64,000 bases of DNA, taken from positions 1 through 64,000 of IMG/VR virus record IMGVR_UViG_3300028654_000384, one strand, 5' to 3'. The notes beneath the pieces were generated by a model that saw only the letters and a program-made list of their open reading frames with translations, was not told where the DNA came from and ran no database searches. The stretch's first letter is position 1, and every line of letters begins with the position of its first letter. The position numbers were made by a program, and so were the translations under genes. This document shows positions 1 through 9,962 of this stretch, piece by piece.

Positions 1-530
1 GTAACGGCGGCGTCGGGGGGTCGACCACCTTCGGTGCACTGGCCACCTTTCGTGGAGGTTCGGGCGGTGGAGGTGGCAACGTTACTGCGTCAACAGTCAG
101 CGGCGGCGGCCAGTGCACTCCTCTACAAGGCCCGGCCAACAACTATGCCGACGTGGAGTTGATAACAGCCGGCATTACATCAACCGTCGGTGCTTTCGTC
201 AGTTCTCCTGCAGGTGGCGGTTTCGGGTTATCTGCATCAGCGACCGGTCTGGCAGGTGCCTACAATGAAGTGGGTGCCGGTACCCCGGGCGTGGGCGGCG
301 CCGGCGCTGGGACTCACTTCGGTTCCGGCGGCGGAGGCGCGGGTCCCAATGGCAACGGAGGTGCGGGCGGTGCAGGCGTCGCGTCGGGCACCGCCAATGC
401 GGGTGGTACCGCATCGGCCAACACAGGGGCCGGCGGTGGGGGAGGCGGTAGCCAGAGCACTGCTGCCACTGCATCCGGCGCAGGAGGCGTCGGCGGTTCG
501 GGACAGTTGACAGTGGTGTGGATGGCGTGA
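1..530 (+). CDS. Gly-rich tail fibre or virion protein, 3' part only
   Basis: The frame is open from the window start (NGGVGGSTTFGALATFRGGSGG...) to TGA at 528-530; GGAGG-rich, ending in the hydrophobic C-terminus LTVVWMA. Confidence 0.7.
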   Translation, partial: NGGVGGSTTFGALATFRGGSGGGGGNVTASTVSGGGQCTPLQGPANNYADVELITAGITSTVGAFVSSPAGGGFGLSASATGLAGAYNEVGAGTPGVGGAGAGTHFGSGGGGAGPNGNGGAGGAGVASGTANAGGTASANTGAGGGGGGSQSTAATASGAGGVGGSGQLTVVWMA

Positions 531-566
531 AAGTTGATCTAGGCATGTTAAGCACTGAAACACTCC

Positions 567-572
567 TACTTA
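567..572 (+). promoter_or_regulatory. Late-type promoter motif TACTTA
   Basis: TACTTA upstream of AGAGGTG (SD-like) and ATG 597; the motif recurs before many virion genes. Confidence 0.6.
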
Positions 573-596
573 CGATCAAGAGGTGACGCTACGTAA

Positions 597-1466
597 ATGA
601 GGGCGCTGGTGCTGTCAGGCGGTGGTGCAAAGGGCGCTTATCAGGTCGGCATCCTGAAGCGATGGATGGGCGAACTCAACCTCGATTATGACATCATGTG
701 CGGTGTGTCGGTGGGTGCCATCAACGTCGCCGCCCTGGCCCAAGAGCCCCTAGGCAACCCACGTGCCGCCATCGAGCGCCTCGAGAAGTTCTGGCTGAGT
801 ATCAACCAGTCGTCAATATTCGGGCGCTGGCGGCCCTTCGGTCGCCTCCACGGCCTGCGCACTCGTCCTGCCATCTTCGATTCGACGCCGTTGTTGTCGC
901 TGCTAGAACGCAGCATCAACGCTGACATGATCAAAGTGTCGGGTCGGCAGTTGGCAGTCGGTGCTGTCTGCATCGAGACGGGGGAATTCAACTACGGCCG
1001 CGAGACCGATGCTGACATCATCAAGTGGGTGCAGGCGTCGGCCAGCTACCCGCTGTTCATGTCGCCCGTCGACATCGGCGGCAAGCTGTGGTGCGACGGC
1101 GGCCTCAGGCACATGATGCCCATCCGTGAGGCAATCAGGTTGGGGGCAACCGAGATCGACATCATCGCCTGCAATAACCCGTCGCTGTTTAACCCATGGA
1201 AGGCCACGGGCAAGCGTGCAGTACCCGACTACGTCATCAGGATGATTGACTTGATGACCGACCAGATCCTCCGCGCTGACATGCAGCTGGTGGGCTTGAT
1301 GAACGACGTGGTGACGCGAGCCGACAAGCACCGCCACATCAAGCTGCGGATGGTGCAGCCCAAGGTCAGGCTGACGTCGAACTCCATGCAGTTCGATCCC
1401 ACCGACATCGCCCGGATGATGGAGCAAGGTTACCTCGACGCCGATACGTATGTAGTCTACGACTAG
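597..1466 (+). CDS. Patatin-like phospholipase
   Basis: GGGAKG (oxyanion loop), GVSVG (GxSxG nucleophile) and DGG (catalytic Asp) motifs. Confidence 0.9.
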   Translation: MRALVLSGGGAKGAYQVGILKRWMGELNLDYDIMCGVSVGAINVAALAQEPLGNPRAAIERLEKFWLSINQSSIFGRWRPFGRLHGLRTRPAIFDSTPLLSLLERSINADMIKVSGRQLAVGAVCIETGEFNYGRETDADIIKWVQASASYPLFMSPVDIGGKLWCDGGLRHMMPIREAIRLGATEIDIIACNNPSLFNPWKATGKRAVPDYVIRMIDLMTDQILRADMQLVGLMNDVVTRADKHRHIKLRMVQPKVRLTSNSMQFDPTDIARMMEQGYLDADTYVVYD

Positions 1467-1474
1467 GGTGACAC

Positions 1475-2002
1475 ATGACGTTAACACTGCTGCAGACCGC
1501 CAACTTTGGCACTTCGCGCGCCAATGTCACGGGTTCGTTCGGAGTGGGCTACACCGTCCTCGACGTGTCGGGCACCATCGTCACCGCCCGGACGACGTTG
1601 AACGTGTCGCAGTCGGCACCGGGCACGGGCAATTACTACGCCAACGTTACCTACCCGTCCAACTTCAATGGCCAGATCGTCTGGGACTGTCCCCAGATCA
1701 CCAGCTCACTGGGTGCGGTGTTGAGCCCGATCTATGCGTCAGAGCAGCAGAACTTTCAGGCCAACGATCCGTCGGCGGGGGCGGCCTACACGCTGTTGTC
1801 GGGCACCCTGGTGTCACAGGTGCAGGGCCTCTACGACGTCGCCTTCGGGCGGTGGAAGATCAACAAGGCGGCCAACCAGATGGTGTTCTACCGCGCCGAC
1901 AACGTCACCGTCGTCGCCACCTTCAACCTGCTCGATGACAATGGCAATCCGACGTTCGACGGCGTCTTTGAGCGCCAGCTGACTGGTGCGGTCACGCCGT
2001 GA
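1475..2002 (+). CDS. Putative virion structural protein
   Basis: Beta-rich, T/G/N-rich 175-aa ORF with phage-like codon usage, next to the neck genes. Confidence 0.6.
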   Translation: MTLTLLQTANFGTSRANVTGSFGVGYTVLDVSGTIVTARTTLNVSQSAPGTGNYYANVTYPSNFNGQIVWDCPQITSSLGAVLSPIYASEQQNFQANDPSAGAAYTLLSGTLVSQVQGLYDVAFGRWKINKAANQMVFYRADNVTVVATFNLLDDNGNPTFDGVFERQLTGAVTP

Positions 2003-2005
2003 GCC

Positions 2006-2374
2006 ATGGGCACCCCGCTCACCGATAAGATCATCACCAGGGGCATGGGTCCCGCGCGCAAGACGCCTGAGAAGGCCAGCCTCATCACCATGGGCTTTGG
2101 CCCGATCGAGGTCATCATTGCCGTCGTCGTCACCCCCGAGGAGAACCTCAAGTGGCTGACGTGGGCCCGCCTCAGGAGCGTTGACAATGCCTCGCCGGCA
2201 CAGTTGTTGGCGGCGGTGCAGGCGCAGGCGGCGTCGGGCATCAATGGCGGCCCGTTGCAGAACCCGGCATCGTGTGATTGTCCCAATGTGACGGTGAAGA
2301 CGACCGCGCCCGCACCGCTGGTGACGGGCAACGTGCCGTGGAGTCGACTACGCAACATCATGAGGCGGAGGTGA
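2006..2374 (+). CDS. Hypothetical protein (IITRGMG/LITMGFG repeat)
   Basis: Starts 3 nt after the upstream stop; two ITxGxG motifs. Confidence 0.6.
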   Translation: MGTPLTDKIITRGMGPARKTPEKASLITMGFGPIEVIIAVVVTPEENLKWLTWARLRSVDNASPAQLLAAVQAQAASGINGGPLQNPASCDCPNVTVKTTAPAPLVTGNVPWSRLRNIMRRR

Positions 2375-2408
2375 CACGAACGTCGTGATCGTCTTTCAAC
2401 ATCAAGCC

Positions 2409-2414
2409 TACTTA
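2409..2414 (+). promoter_or_regulatory. Late-type promoter motif TACTTA
   Basis: CAAGCCTACTTAGATC immediately before GTG 2419; near-identical context at 35531. Confidence 0.65.
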
Positions 2415-2418
2415 GATC

Positions 2419-3588
2419 GTGACCACGTTTAATCAGACGATCAATCCCACCGCTTTCGGCTTTTATGACGCGGACGCTGTTTTTCAGACCGAAGCCAACG
2501 CCATGGTGACGTACGTTAAAAGGCGGCTAGGTGACGACGTATTGAGTGTTGAGTTGACCTCGAAGCAGATCTGGGCGTGCCTCGAAGAGGCCACCCTCGA
2601 GTACTCACGCAACATTCAAGAGTTGAAGATTGTCAGTGACCTTGTCAATGTCATCGGGCAGTCAACGAGTTCGGTCAACATGACCAACACCTATCCCCAA
2701 CGCAGCCTCGAATTCTTGATGCGATCGTCCGACGCCTATGCCATGGCTGCCGGGGTGGGAGGCAACTTCGACACCATCCTGGGCTACATTCCGCTGATTT
2801 CGGGGCAGCAGGACTACAACCTGTACTCGTCAATGAAGACGATCGATGGCAGTCAATTGGTCATCGACTCACTGCCCGCGGGTAGCAAGGGCAAGCTGCG
2901 CGTCATCGAGCTGTTCCACTTTGAGCCCCTCGCTGCACAGTCAATGCTGCTCAACGCCAGCAACATCACCAACTTTCTTGCCACCAACTTCAACTATGAG
3001 TCCTACGTCAATAGCACGGTCTTCTACGTGCTCCCGGTCTTCGAGGACGTGCTGCGCCGCGGACAATTGAAAGAAGCTTTCCGCGTTCGCCGGTCGAACT
3101 ACAGCTACCAGATCATCGGCAACAACATCAGGATCTATCCGATTCCGATGAGTGAGTACACCGTCGGCAATATGTACCTCCGGGTCGGTGCACCTCCCAA
3201 CATCCTCGATCCGAGCTTTGAGGACGACTCGATCTACGGCATCTCGGGTCCCGAGAACGTGCCCTTCTCGCTGTTACCCTACTCGACGATCACGCTGCCC
3301 GGTCGGCAGTGGATCAGGCAGTACACGCTGGCGTTGGCCAAGGAGCTGCTCGGGTTGATCAGGAGCAAGTTTCAGACGATTCCAATCCCCAATGCCGACC
3401 TGCAGCTCAATGGACAGGAGCTGATCGCCCAAGGCCGTGAAGACAAGGACAAGCTGACGACGCAGCTCGGCGACTTCCTCAAGCAGCTGACGACGCAGGG
3501 CATGATGGCACAGCAGGCTGACATCGCCGAGAACATGCAGAAGACACTGCGGTACATCCCGTTCCCCAAGGCGATCACGTTTGGTTGA
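2419..3588 (+). CDS. Neck protein (T4 gp13-like)
   Basis: YVKRRLG..VLSVELT..QIWACLEEA and WIRQYTLALAKELLG.IRSKF..IPIP motifs; position ahead of a gp14-like gene. Confidence 0.75.
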   Translation: MTTFNQTINPTAFGFYDADAVFQTEANAMVTYVKRRLGDDVLSVELTSKQIWACLEEATLEYSRNIQELKIVSDLVNVIGQSTSSVNMTNTYPQRSLEFLMRSSDAYAMAAGVGGNFDTILGYIPLISGQQDYNLYSSMKTIDGSQLVIDSLPAGSKGKLRVIELFHFEPLAAQSMLLNASNITNFLATNFNYESYVNSTVFYVLPVFEDVLRRGQLKEAFRVRRSNYSYQIIGNNIRIYPIPMSEYTVGNMYLRVGAPPNILDPSFEDDSIYGISGPENVPFSLLPYSTITLPGRQWIRQYTLALAKELLGLIRSKFQTIPIPNADLQLNGQELIAQGREDKDKLTTQLGDFLKQLTTQGMMAQQADIAENMQKTLRYIPFPKAITFG

Positions 3589-3591
3589 TCC

Positions 3592-4050
3592 ATGCAGGTG
3601 ATGACGCTCAGAGAACTGCGGCACCGTCTTACTTTGATGATGGAGGGTGAGGATGTCGGCGCGTTCGATACTGCACGTTTGACGGTGCAATATCGGATTA
3701 TTGACGGCATGCGCATGTTCATTGATGCGCGCTTGAAGCAACCTGATTGGCTCGAGAAAGCAATAGCAGACGTTCGCCCCAAGCGCCCTGCCGTCGAACA
3801 GACTGTTGATCTCCACGGTCACGAGGCATACCTCAATCGCATGGACGCATATTTTCATGGCAAGGGCTACGGTGGTGAAGTGATGATGGCCGTCCTACGC
3901 TTTCTCAAGGATCGCGGGTATGCACGAGCACGTGGGTATATCGAGCACGCCAACATCGCGTCGCAGAGTATGATGAAGAAGGTGGGTGCTAAAGTACAAG
4001 AGCGGCAAGAACACGGCAGTTACTGGTCAATTGATCTGGAGAATGTCTGA
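3592..4050 (+). CDS. GNAT-family acetyltransferase with N-terminal leader
   Basis: FHGKGYGGEVM (motif A) and NIASQSMMKKVG (motif B). Confidence 0.75.
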   Translation: MQVMTLRELRHRLTLMMEGEDVGAFDTARLTVQYRIIDGMRMFIDARLKQPDWLEKAIADVRPKRPAVEQTVDLHGHEAYLNRMDAYFHGKGYGGEVMMAVLRFLKDRGYARARGYIEHANIASQSMMKKVGAKVQERQEHGSYWSIDLENV

Positions 4051-4721
4051 TGTCACGCCTCTTCATCACACCGCGTGAAATCGCCTTCATCAGCGACATC
4101 ACCAAAGAACTTGTGAAAGACGTCATAGGACAGTTCATCTATTACTACGCCATCAATGAGAACAAGACACGCACCGATGTCGTCTACAACGAGGCACTGC
4201 AGAAGGTCTTTGATGCACCGATCAAGCTCGATTGCCTCGTCGACGCCCACTTTCAGGCCGACACCAAGATCAATGAGTTCGGCGTCGATGCACAGTTCAA
4301 GATTGAGGCCTACATTCAGTACCGCGACCTCGTCGACAAGGGCATCAACGTCGCCATCGGAGATTACTTCAGTTTCTCGGACGTCTTTTATGAAGTCACC
4401 GAGAAGGTCTTCATGCGTAACATCTACGGCATGCCCGAGCACAAGGACGGCGTCAAGCTGATCGGTACCAAGGCCCGCGACACGCAGTTCAAGGCCCTGA
4501 CGCTCGGGCCCACCGACATCGCCCGTCCCGAGGCCGACGCGGTGCAGACGACGTTCCATCAACAGCGCGGGCAGGCGACCAATGCCGAGGGCCCGACGGG
4601 CGACCAACGCGACCTGCAGAACCCTGCCGTCGTTGGCACGCCCATCACCGGTGCCAAGGAGGTGTCTCCTAAGGCGGCAGAATTCCCTGGCGATAGTGCC
4701 TTTTATGACGAGAATGACTGA
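4050..4721 (+). CDS. Neck / head-completion protein (gp14-like)
   Basis: ELVKDVIGQFIYYY..., GDYF.F.D.FYEV pattern; stop-start overlap with both neighbours. Confidence 0.7.
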   Translation: MSRLFITPREIAFISDITKELVKDVIGQFIYYYAINENKTRTDVVYNEALQKVFDAPIKLDCLVDAHFQADTKINEFGVDAQFKIEAYIQYRDLVDKGINVAIGDYFSFSDVFYEVTEKVFMRNIYGMPEHKDGVKLIGTKARDTQFKALTLGPTDIARPEADAVQTTFHQQRGQATNAEGPTGDQRDLQNPAVVGTPITGAKEVSPKAAEFPGDSAFYDEND

Positions 4722-5947
4722 TGACGACCCGCTACACCGCTCGCTCTAAATCGCGCTTTCGAGTGCCGGGCCTGCCGTCGGGCTTTGGTACACTGCCAGC
4801 AACGACGAAGGACGGCGTCACTCTGCCCCCGGTGGGCATCGAGGACGTCGACCGTGCCCTGTTCAACCTGTTCAATGCCGAGATCCCGTTCGCCGTCGCG
4901 GGCGACGGCACTGACATCGCCAAGGTGCCCGTCATCATGGCGGCGGGTGAAAAGTGGGCCCTCAACAAGCGCATGCGTGCCGTCCGTGACCGCAACAACG
5001 CGCTGATCCTGCCACTGATCACCATCGTCAGGACGTCGATCGTGCAGGACGTGGGTGCTGACGTGACGGGCCGCGGCATCAACCAGCAGACCGGCGAACT
5101 GGTCATCCAGCGGCGGCTCGATAATTCCGACCGCAGCTACCAGAACCTGGTCAACAACCTGCTCAACACCCACAATCTCGACCTCTGTGAAAACCTGTAC
5201 CCCAACCTCGACAACAACATCTTCGAGACCATCGTCGTCCCGGCACCACAGTTCTTCACCGCACAGTACGATGTCACCCTGTGGACGCAGTACACGCAGC
5301 ACATGAACCAACTGCTCGAGCAGCTGATGGCGTCGTTCCTACCTCAGGGCAACTGCTGGCAGCTCAACACACCGAAAGGCTACTGGTTCATCGCCACCGT
5401 CGATGCCAACACCTATACGTCGGAGACCAACACCGACGACTACTCGCAGGCCGAGCGCATGGTCAGGTACAAGTTTGTCATCAAGGTGCCGGGCTACGTG
5501 CTGGCGACGGGAGTGCCGGGCGCACCCGTTCCCATTAGGCGCTACGTGTCAGCGCCGTCGATTGACTTTGTCGTCGCAGCGTCTAGCGTTAGTGACAACC
5601 TCGATCTGGGTGGTGGTGAGGACTCTGTGGCCGATCCTTTCTTGGGCGCCGATGACCCCACGTTGCCCCTCGATGCGGCGACCAGCAAGCGGCGCGATCA
5701 GCGCTTGACCAACGGCACGCGCCTGTACCCGGGTGCGGACGCCATCACACCTGAGGATCCCGCCTTGACAACGTACCCACGCGGTGTCAAGCCCCCGCGC
5801 TACGTCAAGGTGACGGGCATCGATAGCAACGGCAACACCGTCGTCAAATACGTCAGGGTCAAGACCGTCAATCCGGCAACGGGAGAGATGGTATTAGCCT
5901 CCGATGCGACGTTGGGAGGCCTGTCGATCGTCACTGTCGATGGTTGA
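4721..5947 (+). CDS. Tail terminator / tail completion protein (gp15-like)
   Basis: IEDVDRALF..F, VPVI.A.GEKW, P.F.TA.Y.VTLWTQY..HMNQLLE; lies directly before the sheath gene. Confidence 0.65.
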   Translation: MTTRYTARSKSRFRVPGLPSGFGTLPATTKDGVTLPPVGIEDVDRALFNLFNAEIPFAVAGDGTDIAKVPVIMAAGEKWALNKRMRAVRDRNNALILPLITIVRTSIVQDVGADVTGRGINQQTGELVIQRRLDNSDRSYQNLVNNLLNTHNLDLCENLYPNLDNNIFETIVVPAPQFFTAQYDVTLWTQYTQHMNQLLEQLMASFLPQGNCWQLNTPKGYWFIATVDANTYTSETNTDDYSQAERMVRYKFVIKVPGYVLATGVPGAPVPIRRYVSAPSIDFVVAASSVSDNLDLGGGEDSVADPFLGADDPTLPLDAATSKRRDQRLTNGTRLYPGADAITPEDPALTTYPRGVKPPRYVKVTGIDSNGNTVVKYVRVKTVNPATGEMVLASDATLGGLSIVTVDG

Positions 5948-5991
5948 TGCACCTACCGAACGTCGATCGGGCTTTCACGCTTGTAACCGCA

Positions 5992-5997
5992 TAGTTA
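5992..5997 (+). promoter_or_regulatory. Late-type promoter motif TAGTTA
   Basis: Upstream of SD GAGGAG (6022-6027) and sheath 1 ATG 6035. Confidence 0.6.
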
Positions 5998-6034
5998 TGC
6001 TATAGCGATTCCACGCCGTTAGAGGAGCTCGGTA

Positions 6035-9000
6035 ATGTCCGCACAAACGTTTCAATCACCCAACTTCTTCGCTCGGGAGATCGATAAGTCTGCACCCGTT
6101 CCACAGGGGCCTGTCGGTGTTCCAGCAGGAGTGATCGGCACTTCTGATAGGGGCCCGGCCTTTGTCCCGGTCACTGTCGGTAATTTCGATCAATTCATCT
6201 CGACGTTTGGTAACCTCGATCCCAATTGCTTTGGGCCCTACGCTGCCTTCTACTTCTTGGCCAACCGCAGCGCGCTGACCTTCATGCGCGTCCTCGGGGC
6301 GGGTGCTAACCAGAGCAGCTCCGACATTACGCGGACGTCGACGACGGGTCGCACCCTGAGCGCCGGCTTTCACCTCGACGGCGTGTCGCCGGCAGTGACG
6401 GGTGACAATCGCCACACGGGCATCGTTCAGTTCATCGTGGGCGTGCACACCCTGCAGCCCAATGAGGCATACGGCGCCGCCATCTTCACCGACAATGATT
6501 CCTTCCACGGTTCGACCGTCCGCCTCGTTCGCGGCATGATCATGACGCCGCAGACGGCTCGCATCATGGTGACCGACGGCAACCACGACTTGTCGGCCGC
6601 TGGGCAGATCAGCAAGTTGGTCGACTTCGGTGACCTGACGAGCACGCCAGGTTACTTCAAGTTGGTCATCAGTTCATCGTTGGGTGCCAGCTTCTACAAC
6701 GACGACGGTAATCCAGGTTGCCGCATCTTGACGGCATCGCTCAATCCTGATGACTCGCGTTACTACGCCAAGTTGTTGAACACCAACCCCGACAGCTTCG
6801 TCCTCTACCAGCACCTGCTCTATGCAGACTTTGCCGTCGACGACGAGATTGCGACGGCCACGGTCGCCGGCATCCTGTCAGGAACTGCCAACACCAGCCT
6901 CAATAACTCCGACACTGCATACGCCGGCGCGCCCTACAACGACAAGTCGACGTACCTGTCATCGTTCGGCGCCTTCGATGCGCGGTTTCAGACGCCGACG
7001 TCGACGTACTTCATCAGTCAACCCTTCGGTAATACCGAGTACGATCTGTTCGCGGTGCAGGCCCTCGATGACGGCGCCTTCGCCAGCGACCTGTACAAGG
7101 TGTCGATCGCCAACGTGCAGGCATCGACCAACCCCGCCTATGCATATGGCACCTTTTCGCTGCAGGTTCGTCAGTTCAATGACACCGACGTCAATCCCAT
7201 CATCCTGGAGCAGTTCAATCACCTGTCGCTCGATCCCACCGCGGACAACTACATTGCCGCCGTCATCGGCGACCGCCGCGTCACCTTCAATTTTGACTCC
7301 ACGTTGCAGGAGGATCGCAGGGTCATCACCAGCGGAAAATACCCGAACAACTCGACCACGATCCGCGTGGTGATGAATGACTCCGTCAACAAGGGACTGA
7401 TCCCGGCGATGGCACTGCCCTTTGGTTTCCGGGGCGCGCTGGTGCCCAAGACCAACGACACGCTGACGGACAACGCCTTCCAGGCGACCAACACCGTCCG
7501 CATCAACGGCATCTTGACGGGCAGCAACTTCGGGCAGCAGGCCCTCAGCGGTGCCATCGTGCCGCCCGTTCCCTACCGCAGCAAGGTGACGAAGGGTGCA
7601 CGGCCCTCGCCGCAGCTGTGGTTGGGCCAACCAGGCCCGGCCGAGCTGTCGAGCCCGCTGTACTACTGGGGTACGCAGTTCGAGCGCCTTGACATACCGC
7701 TCGATCCGAACAATGAATCCATTCCCAACCCGTTGATCGCGTCCTACTCGCAGTTCTTGGGCATCGCCGCCCTCGACAACCTGGTCACCGGGTCAGGTGC
7801 TGACACCCTCAACAACGACAAGTTCAGCCTCAAGAAGGTTGCCTTCTCTAACCTCAGCATCAATGACCTGACGGCGTCGATCGACACTCACATGCGAGAG
7901 GCGGCTTACATCCGCAACGGTCGCAACGACGGCGCGCAGTACACTATCAACGACGGCGTCCTGGGCAGTAGGATCACCCTCGCGACGCTGTTGGCCAAGG
8001 GCACCGCACAGCAGTTCAATCGCTTTTCGCCCTACTTGAAGTTCACCAACTTCCTGCAGGGGGGCTGGGACGGCGTCAACATCCTCGATCCCAATGCCAA
8101 GCGGCTCAATGATCGATCGACCAGCTTCGATGCCGGTGGGCAAGCGGCCGCAGGCTTCATCAGCCCGGGTTTCACCGCACTGAATCAGGCGGGCTCGGGC
8201 CAGAACAACTCGGCGGTGCAGTCGTACCTCACTGCCATCAACGTGATGACGGATCCCATGCAGGCCAACCACAACATTCTGGTGATACCCGGCATTCGTG
8301 AACCCTTCATCACCGATTATGCTGGGACGGCGATCCGCAACTACGGCCTGGCCTACTACATCATGGACCTGCAGAAGTTCGATGAATTCAGCACTCGCTT
8401 GTTCAACGACTCGACGGGATCAGCAGGTGGTCCGGCACGGCCCGACGTGCAGCAGACGGCGACGGGTCTCAACACTCGCGCCCTCGACAACAACTACGTG
8501 GGTACCTACTTCCCCGACGTCATTGTCACCGATAAGTTCAACAACCGTCGGGTCAAGGTGCCGTCGTCAGTCGCCGCACTGGGGGCACTGGCCTTCAATG
8601 ACCGCGTCGGCTACCCGTGGTTCGCTCCGGCGGGCTTCAATCGTGCCGCACTCGACTTCGTCAACAATGTCGAGGTGAGGTTGAATGCGTCGGACAAGGA
8701 CGTGCTGTACAGCAGCAGGATCAATCCGATTGCATCGTTCCCTCGACAGGGGTTCGTCATCTTCGGTCAGAAGACGCTGCAACAGTCAGCATCGGCTCTC
8801 GACCGTGTCAATGTCAGGCGCCTGTTGCTCGAGGTCAAGCGCGTCATCGTCGGCATCGCCATGAAGTTGGAGTTCGAGAACAACACTCCCGACGTGTGGA
8901 ATAAGTTCACGTCGCAGGCGGTGTTGCAGTTGGGCCTGATTCAGGCGGCAGCGGGCATCGAGGCCTTCCAGGTCGTCATGAATGAGACCAATAATTCAGG

Positions 9001-9115
9001 TGATGATCGTGACCAGAACAAGCTGAACGGCAGAATCGTAGTTGTGCCCACGCGCGTGATTGAATTCATCGCGTTGGATTTCATTATCACGAATTCCGGC
9101 GTTCAATTCGTCTAA
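6035..9115 (+). CDS. Tail sheath protein 1
   Basis: SPNFFAREID, GTSDRGPAFVP, PWFAPAGFNR, GQKTLQ...SALDRVNVRRLL, FENN and IEFIALDF sheath motifs. Confidence 0.92.
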   Translation: MSAQTFQSPNFFAREIDKSAPVPQGPVGVPAGVIGTSDRGPAFVPVTVGNFDQFISTFGNLDPNCFGPYAAFYFLANRSALTFMRVLGAGANQSSSDITRTSTTGRTLSAGFHLDGVSPAVTGDNRHTGIVQFIVGVHTLQPNEAYGAAIFTDNDSFHGSTVRLVRGMIMTPQTARIMVTDGNHDLSAAGQISKLVDFGDLTSTPGYFKLVISSSLGASFYNDDGNPGCRILTASLNPDDSRYYAKLLNTNPDSFVLYQHLLYADFAVDDEIATATVAGILSGTANTSLNNSDTAYAGAPYNDKSTYLSSFGAFDARFQTPTSTYFISQPFGNTEYDLFAVQALDDGAFASDLYKVSIANVQASTNPAYAYGTFSLQVRQFNDTDVNPIILEQFNHLSLDPTADNYIAAVIGDRRVTFNFDSTLQEDRRVITSGKYPNNSTTIRVVMNDSVNKGLIPAMALPFGFRGALVPKTNDTLTDNAFQATNTVRINGILTGSNFGQQALSGAIVPPVPYRSKVTKGARPSPQLWLGQPGPAELSSPLYYWGTQFERLDIPLDPNNESIPNPLIASYSQFLGIAALDNLVTGSGADTLNNDKFSLKKVAFSNLSINDLTASIDTHMREAAYIRNGRNDGAQYTINDGVLGSRITLATLLAKGTAQQFNRFSPYLKFTNFLQGGWDGVNILDPNAKRLNDRSTSFDAGGQAAAGFISPGFTALNQAGSGQNNSAVQSYLTAINVMTDPMQANHNILVIPGIREPFITDYAGTAIRNYGLAYYIMDLQKFDEFSTRLFNDSTGSAGGPARPDVQQTATGLNTRALDNNYVGTYFPDVIVTDKFNNRRVKVPSSVAALGALAFNDRVGYPWFAPAGFNRAALDFVNNVEVRLNASDKDVLYSSRINPIASFPRQGFVIFGQKTLQQSASALDRVNVRRLLLEVKRVIVGIAMKLEFENNTPDVWNKFTSQAVLQLGLIQAAAGIEAFQVVMNETNNSGDDRDQNKLNGRIVVVPTRVIEFIALDFIITNSGVQFV

Positions 9116-9150
9116 CAGATCAACTGCTTGCATGTGGTGTATGATGGATC

Positions 9151-9876
9151 ATGTTCATCATTTACAAGCACACTAACCGTTCCAACGGAAAGGTCTATGT
9201 TGGATACACTAAGTTTACACTTGATGAACGATGGAAACAGCATTGTAAAGATGCTCGACTAGGCAGTGACTTTGCTTTTCATCGGGCGATCCGCAAGCAC
9301 GGGTTAGATGTTTGGGATCACTGTGTCATCGAAGAGTGTATTGACCTCTCCGAAGAGCAGGTCGGAGCACGTGAGATGTATTGGATAGCCGAACTTGCAG
9401 CAACGACTGACAAGCATGGTTACAACATGACGCATGGTGGGTTAAGTCGTCTCACGGTGTGGACCGAAGAGATGCGAGAGTTTCACAGGGTTAGAACCAG
9501 TGAAGGTACCAAGTTGGCGTTTCAGGATCCTGAGATTAAGAAGCGTCACCAGGTAGCAACAAAGATCGCTAGCAATAAGCCTGAAAATCGGAAGCGCAAT
9601 AGTGATGCACAGAAGATTGCTCAGAACAAGCCTGATACCAAAGTTAAGCACGCAGCTTCAATAAAACGCGCGTGGGAAAATGAGCTTCCTACGTTGATTG
9701 CACGGAGAAAACTCATTGAGCAGCTTGATTTGGTCACGAAGGTTGTAATTGCTACGTTTAGATCAGCGCGCGAGGCAGCACGTGAATTAGGACTTAGTCA
9801 AGGTAGCATCTCTAACGTTGCACGTGGTTTGACTAAGTCTGCTGGTGGTTTTGGCTGGCGCTACGTCGTCGCTTAA
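9151..9876 (+). mobile_element. Free-standing GIY-YIG homing endonuclease with C-terminal NUMOD1-type HTH
   Basis: IIYKHTN..NGKVYVGYT...RW..H, YNMT.GG, FRSAREAARELGL..ISNVARG; visibly AT-richer than flanks; TATGAT 5 nt before the ATG. Confidence 0.88.
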
Positions 9877-9939
9877 TTACCCTCCACTTCCATATCTCGG
9901 GCCGTCAATTTTCGTGGCGATAGAACGTCGCTTTGGTGA

Positions 9940-9945
9940 TAGTTA
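9940..9945 (+). promoter_or_regulatory. Late-type promoter motif TAGTTA
   Basis: Upstream of AAGGTGA and sheath 2 ATG 9963. Confidence 0.6.
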
Positions 9946-9962
9946 CATCAAGGTGACTATCC

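Noticed and set aside
1-530. Gly-rich low-complexity DNA as a tandem repeat element
   Set aside because: It is explained by the GGAGG-rich protein sequence, with no exact nucleotide period.
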